From the human T2T-CHM13v2.0 reference genome, Homo sapiens: 64,000 bases of DNA. This document shows, piece after piece, positions 14,780-28,134 of this stretch (the first letter of the stretch is position 1; every line of letters begins with the position of its first letter). Made by a program: the position numbers and the translations under genes. Below the pieces are notes generated by a model. That model was given only the letters and a program-made list of their open reading frames with translations, had not been told where the DNA came from and made no database searches. The stretch lies in assembly GCF_009914755.1 (NCBI RefSeq), contig NC_060941.1. One strand, written 5' to 3'.

Positions 14780-15363
14780 GAACATGTATTTCAAAGGTTG
14801 GAAATCAGAAGATGAAAAAGAGAAATACGAGCTAAAAGAAAGCTGGGGTGGCCAGTCCCAATATGACTTAAAGCAGAAGCTGAGATAAATTATTGAGAGG
14901 GGCAAAGAAAAATGTTGTATTGTGGTAAAACGAACAGGAAAGCAGGAAGGTATATACTGATGATGACTGTGTGCACCTGACAACGTGGCCTTGAACGAGA
15001 TAAGATGGGAGCTGAAGTGTGGATGGAAGCAGATGAATGAGAAGTGTGCTTAGATACAGAGACACCAAGTACAGACAAAGGAAGCAACGTAAATACGACT
15101 TTTGTCACCGAATTAATTAGCCAGACCTCACAGAGGCACACAGGACCATACATCCAACAGGGAATGTGGACATATGTGGACCATTCACAAAAATAAATCA
15201 TGCGCCCGACTACAAAGAAAGCTTTACTAATCCGGAAGAATCAGCATCGTGTGAACTCCGTGGCAGACCACACGCAATGAAGCTAGAACTCAGTAACGAA
15301 AGGACAGCTTTAACAAAAGTCTGAAAACTAAAATCTTAAAATCCTTGGATTAAAGAGGAAATA

Positions 15364-15622
15364 TTTTATATTTTTTATTTTTTTTTACATGTACACACTT
15401 ACACATTTATTTGACTTCATTGTAGAACTTTGACATTAATCCCAATAACTAATCTCTTTATACATATTGTTTCATCCTGACATCAACCTGAACAGGGAAA
15501 ATTGACTTATATAAGCACATAGCTACTATAGATGTCTTTTTAGAAACTGATTATTGATATATAGCAGAGAAACCTAAAATCTCTTTAACTAACTTGAAGT
15601 CCTGACCGTATGACTTCTTTTG
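15364..15622 (-). other. L1 3'-transduced segment with AATAAA and a second poly(A) tail
   Basis: Non-L1 AT-rich DNA between the L1 tail and a second T-run (15364-15386). tttatt at 15406-15411 is AATAAA on the minus strand. The whole block is enclosed by TSD taaagaggaaata(t/c)ttt at 15351-15367 and 16411-16427. Confidence 0.85.
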
Positions 15623-16410
15623 TTATTTTATTTTATTTTATTTTATTTTATTTTATTTTATTTTATTTTATTTTATTTTATTTTATTATTATACTTTTAA
15701 GTTTTAGGGTACATGTGCACAATGTGCAGGTTACATATGTATACATGTGACATGCTGGTGTGCTGCACCCATTAACTCGTCATTTAGCATTAGGTATATC
15801 TCCTAATGCTATCCCTCCCCCCTCCCCCCACCCCACAACAGGCCCAGAGTGTGATGTTCCCCTTCCTGTGTCCATGTGTTCTCATTGTTCAGTTCCCACC
15901 TATGAGTGAGAACATGCAGTGTTTGGTTTTTTGTCCTTGCAATAGTTTACTGAGAATGATGATTTCCAATTTCATCCATGTCCCTACAAAGGACATGAAC
16001 TCATCATTTTTTATGGCCGCATAGTATTCCATGGTGTATATGTGCCACATTTTCTTAATCCAGTCTATCATTGTTGGACATTTGGGTTGGTTCCAAGTCT
16101 TTGCTATTGTGAATAGTGCCACAGTAAACATACGTGTGCATGTGTCTTTATAGCAGCATGATTTATAGTCCTTTGAGTATATACCCAGTAATGGGATGGC
16201 TGGGTCAAATGGTATTTCTAGTTCTAGATCCCTGAGGAATCGCCACACTGACTTCCACAATGGTTGAACTAGTTTACAGTCCCACCAACAGTGTAAAAGT
16301 GTTCCTGTTTCTCCACATCCTCTCCAGCACCTGTTGTTTCCTGACTTTTTAACGATTGCCATTCTAACTGGTGTGAGATGGTATCTCATTGTGGTTTTGA
16401 TTTGCATTTC
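15623..16410 (-). mobile_element. Young 5'-truncated L1PA (L1PA2-PA4-like): ORF2p C-terminus, 3' UTR and (TAAAA)n tail
   Basis: ORF 15889-16407(-) is the uninterrupted ORF2p Cys-rich C-terminal region ([17 protein letters not shown]...FSLIGGN). Primate L1 3' UTR with G-rich tract; (ttttа-type) tail at 15623-15690. Confidence 0.96.
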
Positions 16411-16967
16411 TAAAGAGGAAATACTTTAAAACTGATAAAATACTCACAGCCAAATGTTAGTAATAGCACATTTGCTGTTTGTGGGGTGTATGTAGCCAAA
16501 GCAGGTGAGGATTTAATACATTTAGTCAGAAAACAAAGATTAAAAAAACAAGAAAAATTAAATGTTTGCCTTAAAGAGCCAGGGGAAAAATGCAATAAAC
16601 AGATGAAAAACAAAATGAAGAGAGCGAATCTGAAAGATACAGGCAGCCCTACGCTGTCCGTCGCATCTCTGCATCCATAGGGTCTCTGCTTCATTTCCTG
16701 GGAGTCCTGCCAGTGTGGGAGGGGGCGTCCAGGGCCTCTGAACACTCTTCTCACAGATTTTCATCTGGGCACTTGCTCTCAGTTCTTCCTTTCAGAGAGC
16801 CAGTTGTCTCAGTTCTTGATACTTGCTGACAGCAGGCTTTGGGAGGTGAGTGCTTCATTTTGACTTTGCACCGTCCAGGTCAAAGGCTTCACTTCTCTCA
16901 CCTCTGCTGAGCCACTTACGCTTGTCCAACTGTTTCTTAACGTTTGGTTGACATTTTACAGTTACAG

Positions 16968-17160
16968 GGATAACAGTAGCTAGCATTTGTCGAGCGTCAC
17001 TGGAGCCATTCCACTAATGCACTCATCTAACACCACACGCCTGTAAGGTTTGGACTGGCGTTAGTGCTGCTTTCAGGATGAGGAAGTTCAGGTTGCTTGG
17101 AGAGTAGCTGGTGGAGTCAGGATTCAAAGCTGGGTGCCCAGGCTCCCGAACTGACAGCCT
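16968..17160 (-). mobile_element. MIR
   Basis: ataacagtagctagcatttgtcgagc...caggatgaggaagttcagg...gtggagtcaggattcaaa core. Confidence 0.6.
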
Positions 17161-17574
17161 CAACTCTGTTGTTCCGCCTCTCTCTCTCCTGCCCAGCGTC
17201 TCTCATTTGCCATGATTTCCTTCCTGGGGCTCTCCGTCCTTGTCCTGTTCTTTTTCTCTCGTTATGGAGGAAGTTGAGATCACTATCATCTATAGTCTGT
17301 GACGTCTAAATAGAGGTTACCACGACTTACTTAACGTGGTAAAGGCTACATCAGAGCTCTTCAGCAAACCAGCCTAGTGGGAAGACTGGAGACGTCTTCC
17401 CTTCGAAGCTGGGAACAAGGCAAAGATTCTTTCTCGCACTAAAACAGTATTAGAATTCCTGACCCCCAGTAAGATAACTCCATAACCAGCAGAAGGAATG
17501 TGAACATTTGTAATTATCTGTTTACAGTAAGGGCCATCTAACATAGTTCACTGATTCTAGCATGTACTTTTTAA

Positions 17575-18027
<453 letters not shown>

Positions 18028-18329
18028 GCATGTGCGTTTTCACACTTAACATATCTGGGGTCCAGAAGCATCTTACAATAAGTAACATACCTGTTTAGTT
18101 GGCAGTTCTTTTCCTTTGTTAATAGTGTATAGAAATGCTTGCAAAGGTCCACCTAGAGGTGTGCACTGTACCCTTTCTTACTGCTGTTTGTAAGCTCACT
18201 GTTTGTCACTAGGGAAAGAAACAGGCACCATTACTTAACTAGGTGTTCATGTACCGGCAATAATTGATCTCAAAATTTAATGCTATTTATAGTTTTTAAT
18301 TAAAAAACTCTCAAATGTATGGTCTAAGT

Positions 18330-19170
18330 TTTTCTTTAAGTCCAGAAAAAAAAGAATACATTAAACCCTAAGTAAGTAGAAGAAAAGAAATAATAAAGAG
18401 AAGAGCAAAAATAAACAGAAGTTGACCCCAAAATTTGTAAAAATTCATGAAACTAGTTGATAGTTTTTGAAAGGTTCATTAAAATTGTCAAAACTTTTTC
18501 TAGAGTGCTCAAGAAAAATAGAAGGAAGATACAAATGACTTTCATCAGAAATGAAAGAGGGCACATCCTTACTGATCCTACAGATGTTAAAAGAATAAGG
18601 GGCCAGGTGCGGGGGCTCATGCCTATAATCCCAGCACTTTGGGAGGCCGAGGCAGGTGGATCGCTTGAGCCCAGGAGTTCAAGACCAGCCTGGGCAACAT
18701 AGCAAAACCCCATCTCCACAAAATATAAAAATTACTCGTGCGTGGTGGCATACGCTTGTAGTCCCAGCTACTTGGGAGGCTGAGGTGGGAGGATCACTGG
18801 GAGGCATTGAGGCTGTAGTGAGCAGTGCAGTGATCACGTCACTGTGGTCCAGCATAGACCACAGAGTGAGACCCTGTCTCCAAAAATGAAAATTATAAGT
18901 AAATAAAAGGAGAATAAGGGAATCATTTTAATCATGAAGGACCATATGCCAGTAAATTCTTCATCTTAGATGCAATGGATAAATTCTGTGAAAGACACAA
19001 GTTATCAAATCTGACAGAAGAATAAAAAGAAAATTTGGATAGGATATATCTGTTAAGTAAATTAAATTTCTGGTTAACAACCATTCAAAGACAACCCCGC
19101 ACCCAGATATCTTTACTAGTGAATTTTACCAAACCTTTAAGATGAACAGAATAGACAGACAACCTTTGTG
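18330..19170 (+). mobile_element. Old L1M ORF2 fragment interrupted by an AluJ (18602-18886, +)
   Basis: aaccctaagtaagtagaagaaaagaaataataaag...catcagaaatgaaagagggcacatccttactgatcctacagatgttaaaagaataagg [Alu] agaataagggaa...cccagatatctttactagtgaattttaccaaac. Confidence 0.8.
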
Positions 19171-19355
19171 AAATGTTTAAATATCTGCTGACCATATTAA
19201 GTTGCTGTCCCAAGGCTCGGTGTAATTAGTAATGGTAAAAGCTAAGAAAATCTTTACAAGGTTACTGCCTAACTGTTGACTAATTTGACCAAATTTTATG
19301 CACCTGGGGCCTTTTACAAATCAGCTTACTTCCCTAAGAAAAAGTGTTACTTGAA

Positions 19356-19671
19356 TTTTTTTTTTATGATTTTATTTTATTTTATTATTTTTGAGACAGA
19401 GTCTTGCTGTGTCGCCAGGCTGGAGTGCAGTGGTGCAATCTCAGCTCACTGCAACCTCTGACTCCCTGTTTCAAGTGATTCTCCTGCCTCAGCCTTCTGA
19501 GTAGCTGGGATTACAGGCACGTAACACCATGCCTGGCTAATTTTTGTATTTTTAGTAGAGATGGGGTTTCACCATGTTAGCCAGGATGGTCTCGATTTCC
19601 AGACCTCGTGATCCGCCCGCCTCGGCCTCCCAAAGTGCTGGGATTACAGGCGTGAGCCACCGCGCCTGACC
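19356..19671 (-). mobile_element. AluSc-like
   Basis: gtcgccaggctgg and ccaggatggtctcgat...acctcgtgatccgcccgcc diagnostics; flanking ac(t/g)tgaattttt TSD-like repeat. Confidence 0.88.
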
Positions 19672-20567
19672 ACGTGAATTTTTTTTTAAGAGCAGCTTGC
19701 CTTTATATTTTTGGTTCACGTTGGGACTTACCTTCTAGTCATTTACTGTTGGCTCACATTTCCTCTTCTCCCATGTCTGTCTAACGGGAGAACCATGGAG
19801 TGCGTGATCTCACTTGGGGTCTCAGTAGGCCGCTTAGTGAGTCCCAAAGACTTTTGTGAGAGTTTGAATGCATCCGTGTGTAATGTATCTGGAGGACTCA
19901 AGGGTAGCAAGTATACACAGAGTATCCTTTTAACATAAAAGGAGCATTCAGAAAAGAATTAAGACTGTGCAGTTCAGCCCACAGTTGGGCTCTCATAGCT
20001 ACTGAGTTATTCATGTAATCCTCGGAAATCAGCTTGGGTGAAATACTGCACGGGAAAGAGTGCTCAGCCCCAGCCTCACTCCTGCCTGTCCCAGGCCTCC
20101 TCACTGTCCGTGTCTCATGGGAAGAAAGTCATTTGTTGTCTCCTGCTTGATGTCATCATCACTATGTTCCAGATTAGCTTCAGGACTTGTTTGAAATCAT
20201 ACCTACTAATCGACTGACTTATATCCCCATCACACGGTGACATATTAACTGCTTATTTGCCTCTTTGTATCTTCTTCTTAAACTTCTGGGCATTTTAGTG
20301 GCAGTTTGGCTTCTTGTTTGATTTATGTGCCTAAGCGTGCTCATGCCTCCATATTTAATCAGTGACGTTAGGTCACATTGCATGCAAAAACTGTCAGTGC
20401 ATTCAGCTCCGTATTTAATAGCAGGCATTCATGACCCTTTTTTAAATAAAAAAGCGATCATTTGATTTGTGCTAAACTGGACAGTATATTGCGGAAGCCA
20501 TTTTCATCCTCATTTTACTTGTGCTGAGATCGAATCGATAATGCCTCTTGATGGCATCATTGTTGGA

Positions 20568-20722
20568 ACGCCAGAACCGTGCTGTCACATAGACCTGTAT
20601 GGAGGGTGGCATGTGTCCCACGCCAGAGCCATGCCATCATGTAGGCCTGTGTGGAGGGTGGCATGGTGTCCCACGCCAGAACCAAGCTGGCAAGTAGACC
20701 CATAAGGATGGTGGCATGGTGT
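20568..20722. repeat. Degenerate 52-53-bp tandem repeat, about 3 copies
   Basis: acgccaga(a/g)cc...tag(a/g)cc...ggtggcat(g)gtgt units start at 20568, 20620 and 20673. Confidence 0.8.
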
Positions 20723-21480
20723 TGCCAGCCTTGTTGTAAAATGGTGTGAATTAATCCAGGAGACGTTAGCCTCTTCTTTGGTTTCTCGTTATTTGTACTG
20801 CTAAGTAAATGTTGTATATGTATGTTCAGTACATAGAACAATTTAAACTGGATTCAGAAGCCATTTCAGTGCACTCTGAGACTGGGCATTAAACCTTGCT
20901 TTAAGTACTGTCACCACAGTCACTGAGAACAGCCCGAGTGCTGCTTACTTGCAGGTTGAAAGGACTCTGTGCAATGAGAACTTCTGAGTTCCCATCCTGT
21001 CCCAGGTAGCCAGTAAACACCTAAGTCATGAAGGTTATGAGACACAGTCCCTGTGTGCCCGGAAAAGAGGGTCTCCAGGGAGAGGTGCTCCCTCTCATCA
21101 GTGCTCTTCTTGGAGACAGAGGAGGGAGTAGGGATACTCCTTCTGCTTGCCTTGGAGGCAGAGGCGGCATCACTGCTGTTGGGGTGTCCTCGTATCACCC
21201 GCTATGATGAGTGAAATTTCACCAGCAAGAGGAGGTGGAGAAAGGCATTGTGAGGCACTCACCCTGACCTGCTCAGAGGCCTGAACGCATCTCGACCAGC
21301 AGCCCAGTGTGGCATCTGAGTGAAGGATGGTGGCCAGGACACGAGAGGGAGGGCGGGGTCCGTGACCATGAAGCTCGAGCTGGAATTTCTTCTGTTGGCA
21401 GTGCCTTCTTTGTGGTAGGTGCTGTGCAGCTGCAGGGCTGGCCTGGCCTGCAGAGCCGGTCACACGGGGGTCTCCACCCT

Positions 21481-21871
21481 TGTCTCAGCCCACTAGTGCT
21501 GCTGCACAGGCCCCTGAAACAGGGTAATTTATAAAGAACAGAGTTATTTCTCCCGGTTCTGGAGGCTGGAAGTCCCAGGTCAAGGCATCGGTGGGTTTGG
21601 CGTCTGGTGAGGGCTGTTCTCTGCATTCGAGGTGGCGTCTTTTCCCGTGTCCTCCTGGGAGGACTGCTGCATCCTCACATAGCAGAAGGCAGAAGGCAGC
21701 AGAGGCTATGTTCCTCCAGCACCCCCGCCTTAAATAAGGTTGCTAAAATCCCACTCAGGATGGCGGAGCCTTGGGATGTAACCGTCATCTAAAGCCCACC
21801 TCTTAGCACTGTCACTTCGGGTCCTCAGATCCAACAGGAATTTTAGGAGGGACGTGCCTTCTCAGCGTAGC
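21481..21871 (-). mobile_element. MaLR solo LTR (MSTD/MLT1A-like)
   Basis: tgtctcagcc...gggtaatttataaagaacagag...ttctggaggctggaagtcccaggtcaaggc...cccacctcttagcactgtcac...tagca. Confidence 0.8.
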
Positions 21872-23374
21872 AGCCCTCTGGGAAATGAAAGCCTGTTTGA
21901 GAAGACATGTTCGTATCTCAGCAGCAGCGTGGTCCGGGCTCTCCTGAGGAAGGTGCCCAGGGCATTTGGGGACACAGAGGAGCAAATTTCATCCAGCAGG
22001 GGCAGCTCACTGTGTGGGTGAGGCTTAGAACTGGGCATGGCGGTGGCTGTCGGATGGACATGCAGGTTCAGGATCCAGGTATGTCTGTCACCTACCATTT
22101 CTAACGGAGGACAACGATATCATCAGTTGTGAACACATCTTCTCTGTTACTGTTCAAGAAGCCATGCTGTTTGCATTCTCTAAGAGGAAAATCGCACTGC
22201 TGGTAGCACCTTCAACCTGCAATTCCTACTTACCCGCCTCAAACGCTTCCTGTCTTCACTTTTGCTGTCCGCAAGATCCCCACCTTCCAATCCACAAATG
22301 TTTGTACTCAAATTTCCCCAGCAGAACCAGCAATAAAGCACAGAAAGCAGCTGACCTAAGCCCACCCACCTCTTTCCTTAAATCGGGCATCTTCCCCTTA
22401 GACAGAGTGTCTGGTTTGCGCTGCTGTCACCACTCAGCTTCTCCCAGCATACAGCGTGTGCTGCCTCTCCTGGCCCGGGGCAGTCCCCTGCCTTCCTGCC
22501 ATTCCAGCAGCTCTCCCGGAACCATCGAGGTGATCGCTGCCTTCTGAGCCGTCAGCCTCACTGGCCTGTCCCTAATCCTTGCCCCTGAAGAGTCCGCTGC
22601 AGAGCTGAAGCAAGGGACACCCCCTTCAGCACCTCCTTCCCTGCCCTGGGGTCTGCGGCTGCCTCTCTGAAGCTCCCACTCTCTGGCCAGCCTCTCTTCC
22701 TGCACTTGGACGTATGTTCTCCCACGGCTGTGTTCTTGGCCCTCCTCTTGACGTACTTCTGCCTGTGAGAAACTGCAGCTCATCCAGCGATCACTATCCT
22801 GACCCCTCTGAGATAATCCCTCCTTCCTCACGCTCTCCCTCTGCCAGCGCTTTCCTCGTCATATACACCTGCATAAACCTCTCATGCCTGAAACAAAAGG
22901 TCCACCCCAGCAAGAGGGCACTCCTGCCGCCCGCTGGCCCTCCTGGGCCTCATTGCCTAGTTCTTTCTCTCCAGGTGCAGTTAAGCTTCAGGACGGAAGG
23001 GGGTACCTCCCAAGCCTTTCTGCCCTTCCTGTCCAGCCCTCAATATTGTAATCAGGTCTCCTCAACCTAGAACGCCCCCTCTCCTTCCCAGCCCCAGGTG
23101 TTTACCCTGGTTGTTTGTGTTTCTTGTTTTTCTGTGTAATGGAAGGAAGGTATCACCTGAGAGGCCTTAGGAATGACACAGGAAACCCTGCTGCCTCCAT
23201 TCAGACTTGGGTGGGGTGGGGGTGGGTGGAGGCCAGCTGGCATCTCCCAGGATTTCTGAACCCTCGTGTCCCTCAGCCAGCCACCGCCATGCCCAGCTCC
23301 AGGCCTCGCCCCCGATATGGGGGAAGCTGTTGCTGCTGGATCTGACGTGCCCATCTTCTCGCTCGGGCACCCCA

Positions 23375-23611
23375 GCTGGTGCGTAGCGAGGCAGTCACAG
23401 CTCACTGCAGCCTCGACCTCCTAGGCTCAAGTGATCCTCCCACCTCAGCCTCCCTGGTAACTGGGTCTATAGGTGCACACCACCATGCCTGGCTAATTTT
23501 TCACATTTTTTGTAGAAATGGGGTCTTGTTATATTGGCCAGGCTGGTCTTTAACTTCTGGCCTCAAGCAGTCCTCCAACTGCAGCCTCCCAAAGTGCTGG
23601 GATTACAGGCC
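23375..23611 (-). mobile_element. Partial AluJ
   Basis: cacagctcactgcagcctcgacctcctaggctcaagtgatcctccc...cccaaagtgctgggattacaggc. Confidence 0.85.
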
Positions 23612-23919
23612 TGACACTAATTTCTGCACATAGAGGTGAGGAGGCACCTCGGGTATCAGGGTAGTGAATGAGTGCCTGGACCACACAGGCCAGAGTCGAA
23701 ATCTGTTCACCTGCCTTAATCTGCCACTGTTTGGCTGCTTTTAAAAAATAAATGTACATCTTTGTCTTGGATTGTCTTCCTTAATATCACATCCAAAAAC
23801 TCAATACTAGCAATTTTTCAGAAGACCTCGATGTTTTGGGCAGCCCTTAGACCTCCCTGTCACTTGACCCAAATGGTGCTGGGTTGACCCCAGTCCAGCA
23901 GGGACCACCAGTGCTGTCC

Positions 23920-24070
23920 CCAACATGACTGGTTCCCCCTGTCTCTCCCCCCACATGCCTGGACCCCCTTCCTCTCCCTCCACATGCCTGGACCCCCTTC
24001 CTCTCCCTCCACATGCCCTGTTCCCCTTCCCCTCCCCCCCACATGCCTGGTCCCCCACCCCTACCCTCCC
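23920..24070. repeat. C-rich 29-30-bp tandem repeat, about 5 copies
   Basis: Unit ccacatgcctggacccccttcctctccct. Confidence 0.85.
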
Positions 24071-26810
24071 CGTCCTTGTCTGGTCTTCAGTGCCTCCCTG
24101 ATGAGGGGCAGCTGCCCCCATTCTCCTGCGGCAGCTTCACCAGCCACACGGCTCATCCAATGGCTTGGACCTTGTTTCATTCACTAAAGCACCAGCTCTA
24201 GCACTGTGAGGTCATTATTGAGTTTGTAAGCAAAAATCTTCTTAAGGAACAGACTAATGTGTATTTAATTTTCATTATGTACCAGGTACATATTAAGACT
24301 TTTTGTTTCTTTTAATCTCAGTAATTCCTGTTTTATAGTTCCATTATCCTCATCGTGTAAGTGAAAGGTAAGTGGTGGCAGCCGGACATCAAGGTGTGAA
24401 CTCGCCTGGGGCTGTACAGGGGCAGAGCCAGGGCTACGATTTGAACCGGGGTTTTCTGACCTGAGCGCTCTTCTCTTCATTACCTTCTGCCTCCTCCTTC
24501 TCACCACTTAAGTGGCTTCATGCATGCAGGGCTTTTAAAATGAGATTTTCTCAAAGAGCCGTGTGTCTGCAGGTGGCATGCGCTGGCACTGGGCTATTGG
24601 GAGGCACAGAGTTGTTCCTGGGTCTCTCCCACTGGAGAAAGCAGTGTGTTTGGCTGAGCCAGTGACACAGGGCTGCCCGGGAGCGGCACCACCACTCTTG
24701 GGACAGGTGGGCAGGCGCTGTTGATGTCCCTGGATGTTGTCCCTTCACCTGCAGTTTGTCACCAAAGCCCCGAGGGACTGTGGTAGAGACACAGCTAGTG
24801 GGGACTTCTCTGTTCGCACAGAGACTCTGCAGTTGCAGCTACATCACACTCTGGTAAATAGCGCCTCTGGCAGTGGGTTTTAATATCCACGTTGGTTGTT
24901 GAAGCAGTATATTCTAGGGGTGCCTGGGAAGACAGTCGTTTAAAATGTCTCTGCTTTTTATAGGTCAGTTTTTCTTCTTCTTTCTCACTCCCTTGCCAAT
25001 TGTTGGACTTAAAGTTTGTTGGAAAGGCCCTTCCTTTATTTTGATTTGTGCCTGTGCTTTGCTCCAAGGCAGGCCACTGGGGGCATTTTTTACACCGAGG
25101 ACTTGGTTGGAACCGTTAACCAGTGGCTGGCTGGTCTGTTTGTTTACAAGGCAGCCCCGCAGCCTTGTTCTGAGCTGGCTGGCTCCTAGATGTTATTTGG
25201 ATTTGCTTCCTCTGGCACCAGGCCCTCCTCCAGGCAGGCGCTTGGGCAGGCTGGTGGGACTGATGGGTAGCCTTGCTGGGGACGTGTAGTCACTGTGGCG
25301 CTGCCAGCAAACTGTTCTTTCTGGAAGAGGAACGCTTGGTGCCTGGGTGTGTTCAGTGTGTTCTGTTGTGCATCAGAGCTCCCTCAGACGTCGACCGCTT
25401 CTGATTCCCTCCAGACAGCTCCCGGTGGACACGCAGGGCTATGCGGCCTGCCCTGGGGGCTATGGTGCTGAATCCTGACAAAGGCCCTCTTCTCGGGCTG
25501 TCAGAAAGGACGAGGCTGAGTCAGGCTTTAATGTAAACCATCACTCCCTGTTTTTCTATTTCTTCGTTGAAAGAAGCACTGATCATTGTGTTCACTAGAA
25601 ACACCTCAAGTTTTTAAAAGGCTCCTCTCCTGTTGGTGTGACTCGAGGGCGCTGTGACATCCTGAGAAAGCGGGGACTCTGGGAGTCTGGACGTCAAGCT
25701 GGTCCCGTCTCCACCCGCCTTGAGTTCTCGGTTCTCGACAGCGCCCGTGTGATGATGATGCTCACGCTCCGGTGTGACACAGACGGCGCGGGAGCTGCAC
25801 GGGAGAGTGCTTTGGAAGTGGAAGCCGCAATGTCATGTAAGCTGTTGAGTATGAATTGTATCATATTTCACAATCCACAGAGTATTCTCCCTTATGGTGT
25901 CACATTTGCTCTTACTAATAACCCAGGACTTGTCAAAGCAGACGTAGTGCATAAAACATCACTGTGTTACTGATGAGGTACCAGATGCTCCGCGTGCGGC
26001 CGTCTGGGGTGGACAGCTTCATTTATGGCAGAGCCAAACAGGAGCCCGGATCTTCTGATCCCAAATCCCGTATTATTTTCACTATTCCATGCTGCCTGCC
26101 TTCACCAACGTGAGCTGAAGTTATTACATGTTATCACTTTACTTGATGCCGTGCCGTACTTTACACGAGAACCAGCTTCCCGTTGGGGACTTTACAGAGC
26201 TTTCGGCAGGGACAGTAATGGGGGCGGCCCCTGGGAAGCTGTGCAAAGTAGCATTTGCGGCGCCACATCCCGCAGTGTTTCCTGAGGACTCGCTGTGTGC
26301 AGGGGACCGTAAGATGCCACAGAGAAATCAAGGAGGCTGCGGACACAGTGTCTGTCCTCAAGTCATTCATCATTCCCTTTCTCTGCCCCTCTGCCGTGGA
26401 AGGTTTTCAAGTAATTAAGCTGCTTGCTTATATGCAGCTTTCCTCCACGGGCCCCGCCTGTGCGTAGTCGTGCTCTGGCAGAGTCTCTGCACCTTCCTCC
26501 CTCGGGCTCCTGGGCCTGTGTCTGTCCGTCCTCCACTGTCTTGCTGTCTGCATCTTCATGGTGTAAGTCTGGCCCCTCAGCCGCCCCACAAGCCTGGCCC
26601 GGGGCCAGGCTTCCAGCCGCTGCTTCAACCCAAAGGTGGAACACCTGTTTCCTGCAGTGGAGAAGATGGGAAAGCCTTTTCTGCAGGGCTTTTACTCCCA
26701 CTTCCTTCTTGTTTTCAGCCATTTTCTCTGTGCTGTTTTTCTCCTTTCTTCCTGAGACTTTCCCCTTTGACTTGTTCTTAGTCTTCTTTCTTTCTCTTTT
26801 GAACAGGTAG

Positions 26811-26920
26811 CGGTCTTGTTATGTTGCCCAGGATAGTCTCAAACTCCTGGCCTCAAGCGATCCTCTCGCCTCAGCTTTCCAAAGTACTGAGACTGCAGGT
26901 GTCAGCCCCATACCCAGCCA
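26811..26920 (-). mobile_element. Alu left monomer (FLAM-like)
   Basis: ggtcttgttatgttgcccaggatagtctcaaactcctggcctcaagcgatcc...cccagcc. Confidence 0.8.
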
Positions 26921-27560
26921 GTCTTCTCTTTTCTTTACTTTGAGTTTAGGCTTCTTGAGTTGTTTTCTTCTTCTCAGATGCTTCAGGGGGTAGCTGAGAA
27001 TGTTGAAAATACTAAAGTGCAGCAGAAGCAAGGAGGCAGAGCCAGCCCTGGTTTCCCACTGATGATCAAATTTCTTTTTAGCTCAGAAATACTGGCTTAT
27101 GCCTAACCCATCAAAGGTGCAGCATTGTTGGGCACAGGATGAAAAACAGACAGCCCCCACGTTTGGCTGTCAAACCACATGACCCAGAAATAGCCATCAT
27201 TGTAAGAACCCCAGAGGGAGCCTTTGCTATCTTTTAATTTATTGCACAAATAATATTATAACAGTAAACAATGAAAAGGAAGAAATGAAAGAAAAATTAC
27301 CCAGAATCCACTGTTTTTGCTATTCCATATTCTTCATACATTTGTCCATATATGCACATAATTTTACTTACTTGGAATTAAATATATTTTGTATTGTTTT
27401 TAATTTGAAGATCACTGATTTTATATTGCTATTGATATTTTCAAATTTAGTATTCCATCACATTTATAGACAGTATTACTTAATCATTTCCCTCTCATAA
27501 AATTATAGTGCTTGCAAGGAGTTTTTTCCTGTTCATCTTTGCGGTACATAGAACCTTTCC

Positions 27561-27730
27561 TTAGCTGTCCATGGTAGCATGCAGCTGTAGTCTCAGCTAC
27601 GTGGAAAGCTGAGATGGGAGGGTCACTTGAGCCCAACAGTTTAAAGTTATGATGAGCTATGATTGTGCCACTGTACTCTAGCCTGGGCAACATAGCATAG
27701 AGTAAGATCCTGTCTCTTAAAAGAAAAAAA
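27561..27730 (+). mobile_element. Alu right monomer (FRAM-like)
   Basis: ttagctgtccatggtagcatgcagctgtagtctcagctac...gtgccactgtactctagcctgggc...A tail. Confidence 0.8.
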
Positions 27731-27832
27731 TAATAATATTTTCTTATTTTGGACTATTTCTTAGAATATGTTTCTGGGAATAAGATCAGTAGGTCAAAGT
27801 ATATAGCTCTTGATATCTTTTGCCAAACTTCC

Positions 27833-28134
<302 letters not shown>

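Noticed and set aside
15889-16407. 172-aa ORF as an independent gene
   Set aside because: It is the C-terminal piece of L1 ORF2p in a 5'-truncated, promoterless copy.
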